The notes under the pieces are model-generated. The model ran no database searches. It was not told the origin of the DNA and worked only from the letters and a program-made list of their open reading frames with translations. From Deferribacterales bacterium (GTDB taxonomy: Bacteria > Chrysiogenota > Deferribacteres > Deferribacterales > Geovibrionaceae), in the NCBI GenBank assembly GCA_050251945.1, contig JBFWLW010000010.1, forward strand, positions 12,653-76,652: 64,000 nt of DNA, in the 5' to 3' direction. Both the position numbers and the translations under genes were made by a program. Shown here piece by piece: positions 57,009-64,000 of the stretch (position 1 is its first letter; each line of letters begins with the position of its first letter).

Positions 57009-59111
57009 TTAAAAAAGTCCATCAAGCCCGAGTGTCTTCGTAAAGTCCCAAATGTTCATGAAGAAGGCGTCAAATCGGGATTTAGTGACCTGTTCCTCCT
57101 CTCTTTCCCAGAAATACAGCCCGCTTACGGGGTAAAGATACCCAAAACTATATGAAGTATGTGTGCTGGTGCGGCGCGCTATGAGGGAAATGGGGTAGCG
57201 GTAGATGAGCTCCTGACAGCGGACTATCCCCTCGGCTCTTTCGCGTACGCGTTTCGCTTCGTCCAGAAGTGTCCGGACATAATATTCGGACGAATCGCTC
57301 AGGTATGTGTTGCGGTGTGCCGCCGCCGTAAGCGTGAGCTGGCGGTGCTTTGCGCGAAGTGCGGTGATGTACATGGCATTAATTATCTCGGTTCTGAGCG
57401 TGTCTTTCATGAAGACCGTGTCACCGTGGTGCTGTTCAAGCTGCTGTGTGACGGCGTAGAATCGCCTGTAGAACTCGTCCAGCATATCCGCCTGCTTCTG
57501 CATCTTTTCGCGGTGGCTTTCGCCCATAAAGGGTATAGCTGCTTTGAATACGGATGCGCTGTCCGAAGGCTGGAAACTGCGATTGAAAGGATATGGAAGT
57601 TCCTCAAAAGGCGTTTTTGCCGCCATAAGACTTATAAGGTTGTCATCTTTCAGATATTTTTCCTGCAGAAGGAATGCCTCGTGCCAGAGTTTTTCAGATT
57701 TTTTGCCGAAAAGCTCCGTAAGTATGGAATCTTCCTTGACCATGCGTTCTTTGCCGTTGTCGTACAGCCGCCACGAGAAACGGGTTATGCTGTAATCTAT
57801 CAGCCAGTAACCCCATTCCCAGCCGCTTGTGAACGTGACGTGTCCGGCTATTCCGTCGTCTTTCAAAAGCTGGATATCGTCGTATCTGCTTTTCAGATAT
57901 GGCAGAAGGAACAGCGGAACCGACGTGTCGAACGTCACCCAGTAGGATGATTCAGGCCAGTACCACGTCTCGCGCCTGTCCTTGTTTTCCATAAGCATGT
58001 TATACATGAAATGCAGATTGCTGTTGCCGTATACCGGAGCGTTCTTTTCCGACAGGCTGTAAAACATTACGGAATGTATGAGCAGCCCCGCATACGGCGG
58101 GGTGTCGGAGTGTTTTCGCTTTATCACATGGGTGTTCTCATAAACCCTGCGCTTATATTTGTGTGCGATGAGGTCGAGGATATATCTTTTTTTATCGGGG
58201 AGAAGCTGTGCCAGGTCGGGCAGAAACTCGCCCATGGTGAAGTCGATGCAGACGTAATCGAACGGAACCTGCATAAGCCAGCGGATATTGCGGTCAATCT
58301 GCTGTTCATAGCTCTCGGGACGCAGAAGCTCCATCGCCTGAAACGCCTTCTGCTGAAGGGTTGAAAGGCTTATCACCGCTCCTGTCTGCAGTCCGCGCCG
58401 TTTTGCGTATTTTATGTAATCCACAGCGTATGCAGGCCAGATGCGTCTGTCTGCGGTGCGCAGTATCCAGAACTGGAAAGTGTTCTGACCGTTTCGCACC
58501 AGCCAGTCTATGTACTGCTTAACATCATCCCTGCCGAAAGGAATGTCGGGATTGAAAAGGGGTTCGGTGAGTTCAACCGGATGCATGGTGTGCATATGGA
58601 ACCCCATGTTTGAGAACAGAGGCTCGCCCTCAAACTCAAAACGTGGAGCGAGAGGCCAGTCTTCGTATATGGGGACGTATGTTTCTTTGGGATGAAAAAA
58701 TCTGAAACCAAGCTTGTGCTGTAAAAGTCCGTAGATTCCGTTTACGATGCCCTGCGGGGTGTCGGCTTCCACGGTCACCGTAACACCCGCTCCTTCGGCT
58801 GTGGGAGCGGATGTTATTCGGTAGCCATGTAGCTTGGTAAGAACTTTAAAAGGAGGTTTATGAAGCAATTTATTTATATCGGCTCGCTCTCTGAGCCGAA
58901 TATTCACTTTGCCGGATGCCTTGTTAACTGAAACTGTTGTATGAGGAAAGCATTGTTTCAAAAGCGTTCCGGCGTCTGCCATTGTTAGATAGACAGAGCT
59001 GTTTCGCAATAGTTCAGGCGAAACCGAGAAATTTATATTTTCTATAGCGGCATTGGCGGAAAAAATAGGGAGCAGAAAAAGAAAAGCCAGAAGCAACCGA
59101 TATTTGGGCAT
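57009..59111 (-). CDS. Large exported hypothetical protein, possibly glycoside-hydrolase-like fold
   Basis: 700 aa with signal peptide; N-terminal segment recalls GH20-type domain 2; GFHMHTMHP motif. Confidence 0.7.
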   Translation of the reverse strand: MPKYRLLLAFLFLLPIFSANAAIENINFSVSPELLRNSSVYLTMADAGTLLKQCFPHTTVSVNKASGKVNIRLRERADINKLLHKPPFKVLTKLHGYRITSAPTAEGAGVTVTVEADTPQGIVNGIYGLLQHKLGFRFFHPKETYVPIYEDWPLAPRFEFEGEPLFSNMGFHMHTMHPVELTEPLFNPDIPFGRDDVKQYIDWLVRNGQNTFQFWILRTADRRIWPAYAVDYIKYAKRRGLQTGAVISLSTLQQKAFQAMELLRPESYEQQIDRNIRWLMQVPFDYVCIDFTMGEFLPDLAQLLPDKKRYILDLIAHKYKRRVYENTHVIKRKHSDTPPYAGLLIHSVMFYSLSEKNAPVYGNSNLHFMYNMLMENKDRRETWYWPESSYWVTFDTSVPLFLLPYLKSRYDDIQLLKDDGIAGHVTFTSGWEWGYWLIDYSITRFSWRLYDNGKERMVKEDSILTELFGKKSEKLWHEAFLLQEKYLKDDNLISLMAAKTPFEELPYPFNRSFQPSDSASVFKAAIPFMGESHREKMQKQADMLDEFYRRFYAVTQQLEQHHGDTVFMKDTLRTEIINAMYITALRAKHRQLTLTAAAHRNTYLSDSSEYYVRTLLDEAKRVRERAEGIVRCQELIYRYPISLIARRTSTHTSYSFGYLYPVSGLYFWEREEEQVTKSRFDAFFMNIWDFTKTLGLDGLF

Positions 59112-59199
59112 TAAGCACAGCCTTAAAAAAAATTGTATTAAGGCGATGATACATTAAAAAAAGGAAAGATGTATTCAGATAGTTGTCAGAAATGGGCTG

Positions 59200-60867
59200 T
59201 CAGTCTTCGTTCTCGTGTTCTTCGTCCTCTTCAGAGTCGAAACTGGGGCGCTGTAAAACGTCGATATCGCGCAGTTTACCGTCGAACTCGTTGAGAAGCA
59301 GCTTCACGATGCTATCCTGTTCCGCCTCTTTTTTTATACGGATATCATGGATGGTTTCGATATGCTCTTTTTTTTCAATTATGCTTTTTTTTTTGGAATC
59401 CTGCTCGAGGATCACCGAAACTTCGGAGATTGTAGGAAACGCCTTTGGAACAAGCTGGTTCAGGATATCCAGATTCTGCTTGCGGGCAATATAGTCGTAA
59501 TGGAACTTCTTGTCTGTGCTGAAACCGATGGAGAGAACGCCGCCGGTCTGCTGAATGATGTACCCGTGGCTCAGGTTGGACGCTATCAGGGGTTGTTTGC
59601 CGTCATCCAGAGCATTCATTATGTTTTGCAGCTGTACGTCGGTGGACGACAGTACAGGCTGTGTGGATGTTTCCGCCTGCGGTTTCTGAATGATGGACTG
59701 CGGTGTGGATGTCTTTGGCGTGCCGACAGGTGCGGACGCGTTGCCCAGCGGCACTGCGGGAGCCATACCCGTTGTGGGGATAAGTGCCGATATGCTCGCC
59801 GCCTTGTACATTCCAAACTCGAAAACGTACTGGCTGAAACTGAAAAACTTTATATCGTTCAGGAGCTTCTGAAAAACCTGAAACAGTGCGAAAAGGCGCT
59901 GTTCGCTTGTGGTCTGTGCCAGAGAGCCGTAAAATTCGTTCTCTTTTGCCGTGAGTTCCGGATTCTCTTTCTTTGTGATTATGCGCATCATAAGGTTGCG
60001 GGTATGCTCAATGAGAGTTTCCGCCGCAAAGGTGTAGTTGATACCCTTTGCTGTGAGTTCCGTACATATCTGCGGGATATCCTGCGTGTTCTCTTTGATA
60101 ACAGCCTCAAAAAGCCTGTTCAGTATGCTTTTGTCCGAATATCCGAGCAGAAACGACGTGTTCTGTTCGTCAAGGGAACCGCCCGTGAAAGCGATTATCT
60201 GGTCGAGAAGCGAGAGAGAATCGCGCATGCATCCGTCGGAATTGCGCACGACGAGGCTCAGCGCGTCGGGTTCATATGTTATCCCTTCGCTGTCCAGAGC
60301 TTTCGCAAGGCTTTTATACATTATGTCGTAAGGTATTTTGTTGAAATCGTATTTCTGACAGCGGGAAATTATCGTCGCTGGAATACGGTGGGGGTCGGTT
60401 GTCGCCAGAATGAAGATGACGTATTCCGGCGGCTCCTCAAGGGTTTTCAGAAGCGCGTTGAATGCGTGTTCTGTGAGCATGTGCACTTCATCTATTATAT
60501 ATACTTTGTATCTGCACTTCATGGGGAGAAAGCGGACAGCTTCGCGCAGATCCCGTATCTCGTCGATACCGCGGTTTGACGCGCCGTCGATCTCTGCAAC
60601 GTCCATGGATGTTCCGCTTGTTATCTCAAGGCAGTTTTCGCATTTGTTGCAGGGGTTGCACCCGTCAGGGTCGAGGCAGTTGACAGCTTTTGCCAGAATA
60701 CGCGCCGCACTGGTTTTACCCACGCCGCGGGGACCTGTAAAAAGGTATGCGTGGACGATGCGTCCCATCTCAATGGAGTTTTTCAGGGTTGTGACAACGA
60801 ATCCCTGTCCTGAGAGCTCGTCAAAATTTTGCGGTCTTAATTTGCGGGCAAGCGCGACATATGACAT
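59200..60867 (-). CDS. dnaX: DNA polymerase III subunit gamma/tau
   Basis: LARK.RPQ.F, GPRGVGKTS, Zn-binding PC..C..C, EIDGAS, IIDEVHML, LLKTLEEPP, SRCQ. Confidence 0.97.
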   Translation of the reverse strand: MSYVALARKLRPQNFDELSGQGFVVTTLKNSIEMGRIVHAYLFTGPRGVGKTSAARILAKAVNCLDPDGCNPCNKCENCLEITSGTSMDVAEIDGASNRGIDEIRDLREAVRFLPMKCRYKVYIIDEVHMLTEHAFNALLKTLEEPPEYVIFILATTDPHRIPATIISRCQKYDFNKIPYDIMYKSLAKALDSEGITYEPDALSLVVRNSDGCMRDSLSLLDQIIAFTGGSLDEQNTSFLLGYSDKSILNRLFEAVIKENTQDIPQICTELTAKGINYTFAAETLIEHTRNLMMRIITKKENPELTAKENEFYGSLAQTTSEQRLFALFQVFQKLLNDIKFFSFSQYVFEFGMYKAASISALIPTTGMAPAVPLGNASAPVGTPKTSTPQSIIQKPQAETSTQPVLSSTDVQLQNIMNALDDGKQPLIASNLSHGYIIQQTGGVLSIGFSTDKKFHYDYIARKQNLDILNQLVPKAFPTISEVSVILEQDSKKKSIIEKKEHIETIHDIRIKKEAEQDSIVKLLLNEFDGKLRDIDVLQRPSFDSEEDEEHENED

Positions 60868-60873
60868 ATGTAG

Positions 60874-60902
60874 AAGTTAAAGTATGTTGTCCGTTTGGTC
60901 AA
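60874..60902 (-). promoter_or_regulatory. sigma70-type promoter positioned for a leaderless dnaX mRNA
   Basis: TTGACC-17-TAACTT-6 nt-ATG; no SD. Confidence 0.6.
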
Positions 60903-60945
60903 GTGTAATATATGAGCAAAAAAAGACCCTGACGAAGCAGAGTCT

Positions 60946-61084
60946 CAGACTGATGACAAAGTCAGTAAAATGGGAGATCGCGTCGTCGCATGCACTCCTC
61001 GCGAAGACAAAAAAGTCTCTGCGAGGGTTTTAACCCGAAGCAGTCTAATGCGAGTCTATGTAAATTTAGTTTGTCAACAACCTG
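60946..61084 (+). mobile_element. ~140-bp MITE-like element (copy 3) with REP-like dimer
   Basis: CAGACTGATGACAAAGTC...GTTTGTCAACAACCTG; imperfect 22-bp hairpin duplication at 60924-60945 and 61085-61106. Confidence 0.8.
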
Positions 61085-61129
61085 AGGCCCTGCCGGAGCA
61101 GAGCCTTGTAGTAAGTTATTCCTTACAGC

Positions 61130-61918
61130 TTAGATTTCGTGGTAGCCGAGGCGTTTTGAAATCTCCCTCGCATATTTCCGTGCGATGGGCAGTATCTCTT
61201 TTTCCATTCTCTGTTCGGACATACGGCACGCAGGACCTGTCACGGACAGTGCCGCAACGGGAACGCCCAGATAATCTTTAACCGGAACCGCGATGCAGCG
61301 CACGCGCGACTCAAATTCCTCGTTGTCGAACGCATAGTTGTCAACAGCCACTTTTTTCAGCTCTTTTTTAAGAACCGGAAGTGAGGTGACGGTGTTGTCT
61401 GTATATCTTTTGAGCCTTGCGCCCATATATATCTTATTTATTTCCTCTTCGGAAGAGAATGCGAGCTGTACCTTGCCGATTGCAGTGCAGTACGCCGGAA
61501 CATCCTTGCCCACGCGGGAAACCACGCGAACCGGAAGACTTGTTTCGGCTATATCAAGATAAATCACGTTGCCTTCGCGCAGGATACCGATGTAAACGGA
61601 TTCATTTACATCAGAAACTATTTTTTCCATAAACGGACGAGAGAGTTTTAAAATTCCGAGTTTGTTCACGAATTTTTGTCCGAGATTGAAAATGCCTATA
61701 CCAAGACGGTAGTTCTCTGTGTTGAGATTTTGTTCAATATATCCTCTTGATGCGAGTGTCGCCAGAAGTCTGAACACATTGTTTTTGTGCAGACCGAGCG
61801 ATTTGCTGAGTTCAGTCACCCCGAATTCATCTTTATTCTCAGCATTGCGGAAAACCTCGAACAGCTGTAACGCGTGGTAAACTGACTGGACAGGTTTTAC
61901 ATCCGGCTTATATCCCAT
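61130..61918 (-). CDS. IclR-family transcriptional regulator
   Basis: VQSV..AL, GVTELS..LGLHK..VFRLL.TL...GYI, PAYCTAIGK, NEEFE..VRCIAVPV. Confidence 0.93.
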   Translation of the reverse strand: MGYKPDVKPVQSVYHALQLFEVFRNAENKDEFGVTELSKSLGLHKNNVFRLLATLASRGYIEQNLNTENYRLGIGIFNLGQKFVNKLGILKLSRPFMEKIVSDVNESVYIGILREGNVIYLDIAETSLPVRVVSRVGKDVPAYCTAIGKVQLAFSSEEEINKIYMGARLKRYTDNTVTSLPVLKKELKKVAVDNYAFDNEEFESRVRCIAVPVKDYLGVPVAALSVTGPACRMSEQRMEKEILPIARKYAREISKRLGYHEI

Positions 61919-62115
61919 AGAACGCTCCTTTTATCCTAGTTCGCGAATAAATTAGAAAATCGTTATAATATTTGGCTGTGTCTTTAGCAAGAGTAAACCA
62001 CAGTTTTGTAAATTAAGAAAGTGAAATTTAAAAAAAATGGTGAAAATTACATATTCAAACAATTTCTTGTATAATCCGCTCCTATGTTGATATAATCCGC
62101 AGGATGAGAGGACAT

Positions 62116-62892
62116 ATGAAAGAGGAAAAACTGCCCGTTTCGGCGGCGCTTATCTCCTTTAACGAGGAGAAGAACATAGAGAGGACACTGAACGCTGTGC
62201 TTCCGTTTGTTTCGGAAGTTATAATAGTGGATTCGCACTCCACAGACCGCACGGCGGAGATAGCCCGCGGACTTGGCGCACAGGTTTATGATGAGGATTG
62301 GAAAGGACACATAGCACAGAAGAATTCGGCACTCGCGAAATGCACTATGCCATGGGTGCTTTGTCTTGACTGCGACGAGGTTATTGACGACAGCCTGCGC
62401 CGCGAAATTGAAAACGCTGTGCTGGCAGGCGGACTGGACGGTTACTCTGTAAACCGCATGACGCATTATATGGGCAGATTTCTGAAACATTCATGGCAGC
62501 CGGACTGGAAACTCAGACTGGTGAAACGTTCTGCGGAACCTGTCTGGGCGGGGTACGACCCCCACGACGTTCTGACCATCAAGGGCAGAACCGGCAGACT
62601 TAAAGGCGGATATCTCCTGCACTATTCATATAAGGATACGTTCGACCACTATCAGCGTCTGGTAAAATATTCAAAGATCGCCGCGGAATCATATAACAAG
62701 AACGGTAAAAGGTTCAGCTATTTCGACCTTTTCACCAAGCCTCTGTTCGCCTTCGTAAAGAAATATTTTGTCAAGGCGGGCTTTCTTGACGGATTCGCAG
62801 GGTTTGCGGTGGCGGTCAGCTCGTTCATATACGTTTATCTCAAATATTTGTTTTTAAAAGAAATTCAGGATGGAAAAAATAAAAATGGCTAA
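62116..62892 (+). CDS. GT2 glycosyltransferase (KdtX/WaaE-like, LPS core)
   Basis: NEEKNI, VDS.STD.T.EIA, QKN.AL, WVL.LDCDE, LLHYSY; upstream of lpxK. Confidence 0.88.
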   Translation: MKEEKLPVSAALISFNEEKNIERTLNAVLPFVSEVIIVDSHSTDRTAEIARGLGAQVYDEDWKGHIAQKNSALAKCTMPWVLCLDCDEVIDDSLRREIENAVLAGGLDGYSVNRMTHYMGRFLKHSWQPDWKLRLVKRSAEPVWAGYDPHDVLTIKGRTGRLKGGYLLHYSYKDTFDHYQRLVKYSKIAAESYNKNGKRFSYFDLFTKPLFAFVKKYFVKAGFLDGFAGFAVAVSSFIYVYLKYLFLKEIQDGKNKNG

Positions 62893-63781
62893 GATAATAT
62901 CCGTAGGCAACATCTCTTTGGGCGGTACGGGAAAAACGCCTTTCACCATAATGATAGCGAAACATTTTCTTGCGCAGGGCAAAAAAGTCTGCGTGCTTTC
63001 CAGAGGTTACAGAGGAAAGATCGGTTACGACACGCATGTGATAAGCAACGGAGAAGAGGTTCTTATCGGTGCGGAGCTTGCGGCGGACGAACCCTATATG
63101 ATAGCGGTGAACTGCCCTGGAGCGATAGTTATAACCGGAAAGGAACGCATAAAATCATATGAATATGCGGAGCGCGAATTTTCGCCCGACATATATATAT
63201 TGGACGACGGGTTTCAGCACAAGCGGATGAAGAGGGATATAGATATCTGTCTGCTCGACCATAAACGTCCGGTTTCAACCGGATGGATGTTCCCGTTCGG
63301 ATATCTGCGTGAGCCGGCATCCGCAATTTCCCGTGCGGATATAGTCGTCTTCACCCGCGCAGAGAACGACACTATACCTGAGAAGACTGCGAAGTATGTT
63401 AAGGACAAGCCGGTATTTTTCAGCGATATAGAGTTTGTAGGGTTTTACAACGAAGACGGAAAGATTGAAGAGGATATGAAGGGTAAAAACGTTCTCGCAT
63501 TCGCGGGAATAGCTTCACCGTATAAGTTTTTTTCATTTCTCAAAAAGATTGGTGTGAATGTCGCCAGTAAAAAGATATTCGGAGACCATCATATATACCT
63601 CGACCGCGAGGGCTACAACATGATGAAAAAGGCAAAAGACCTTGAGCTTGACTGCCTTGTGACCACAGAAAAGGATTATGTTAAGCTTACTGACGATATG
63701 AAGCAGGATACCATCTATACCAAGATAGATATCAACCTGCGCAACAGGGAAAGATTTTTCCAGATACTCGATATGAGATAG
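62870..63781 (+). CDS. lpxK: Tetraacyldisaccharide 4'-kinase
   Basis: ISVGNI..GGTGKTP, LSRGY, DEP, LDDGFQH, P.G.LREP, TTEKD.VKL. Start may be 62885. Confidence 0.95.
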   Translation: MEKIKMAKIISVGNISLGGTGKTPFTIMIAKHFLAQGKKVCVLSRGYRGKIGYDTHVISNGEEVLIGAELAADEPYMIAVNCPGAIVITGKERIKSYEYAEREFSPDIYILDDGFQHKRMKRDIDICLLDHKRPVSTGWMFPFGYLREPASAISRADIVVFTRAENDTIPEKTAKYVKDKPVFFSDIEFVGFYNEDGKIEEDMKGKNVLAFAGIASPYKFFSFLKKIGVNVASKKIFGDHHIYLDREGYNMMKKAKDLELDCLVTTEKDYVKLTDDMKQDTIYTKIDINLRNRERFFQILDMR

Positions 63782-63792
63782 GTTGTTTTGCT

Positions 63793-63875
63793 CTCCCTCC
63801 TTTGGCAAAGGAGGGTCGGGGTGGATTTTGATTAATTTCAAATGAAAATCCCCCTTAATCCCCCTTTGTTAAAGG
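63793..63875. repeat. Second-family palindrome pair, right copy truncated by IS
   Basis: CCCTCCTTT-GGC-AAAGGAGGGTCGGGGTGGATTT, then AAATCCCCCTTAATCCCCCTTTGTTAAAGG|TGT. Confidence 0.8.
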
Positions 63876-64000
63876 TGTACTGACTGCATAGATAGGTAAC
63901 AGAATAAACCGAGGACATAGGTAACATGTTATAGATAACTCTCAGGAGGTGTCTATGCCTTGGCAGGAGCAAAGCCCTATGGACTCACGAATAAGATTCA
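63876..64000 (+). mobile_element. Left end of an IS481-family insertion sequence (partial)
   Basis: Starts TGTACTG; internal direct repeat ATAGGTAACA x2; SD AGGAGGT; ORF MPWQEQSPMDSRIRF. Confidence 0.75.
63955..64000 (+). CDS. IS481-family transposase N-terminus (partial)
   Basis: MPW.E...M..R..F N-terminal pattern typical of IS481-family transposases; only 15 codons visible. Confidence 0.7.
   Translation, partial: MPWQEQSPMDSRIRF

Noticed and set aside
59347..60579. 410-aa plus-strand ORF
   Set aside because: Antisense shadow of dnaX with no motifs. The same applies to 39571-40845 (hslU), 12801-13754 (motA), 52481-53428 and 57159-57950.
60970..61281. 103-aa ORF starting in the MITE (also 44236-44535 and 762-1100)
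   Set aside because: Chance frames through palindromic repeats with no SD or protein-like features.
1..64000. tRNA/rRNA genes, prophage or defence island
   Set aside because: No tRNA cloverleaf or rRNA signatures were seen in the intergenic gaps. The caspase, PLD and thermonuclease genes are dispersed and carry export or membrane signals rather than forming a defence cluster.

Overview
This 64 kb window is mostly core chromosome from a Gram-negative, flagellated bacterium. Gene content and style suggest Deferribacterales (Seleniivibrio/Geovibrio-like); this is an inference, not a database result. It holds hypE, hisI, a lone pilM, lipid A/Kdo genes (lpxB, lpxL-like, waaA, lpxK), a flagellar block (fliK-flgD-flgE, motAB-fliL-fliN-fliO-fliP-fliQ), engB, ugd/uxs, an MCP, queH, tpx, rsgA, nikR, a class D beta-lactamase, argDFG-glyQ, hslVU, a major porin, mtnP-murB, gpsA-polA-GGDEF-hisD, dnaX and the left end of an IS481-like element. 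I found no tRNA, rRNA or CRISPR. The most unusual signal is non-coding. (1) The last 44 bp of hypE occur three times, separated by two identical 95-bp GGA-loop hairpin elements, and the tail copies differ only at synonymous positions. (2) Three ~140-bp MITE-like elements each carry a REP-like palindrome dimer and are flanked by a duplicated terminator hairpin. (3) The same REP-like family is expanded into a 91-bp x ~8 mosaic tandem array beside a thermonuclease gene. (4) A second palindrome family is present, one copy of which is interrupted by the IS481. Recoding and initiation candidates are a dnaX A10 slippage site with immediate stops in both shifted frames, a probable ATT start for fliP, several leaderless-type genes and an unannotated 32-aa membrane peptide.
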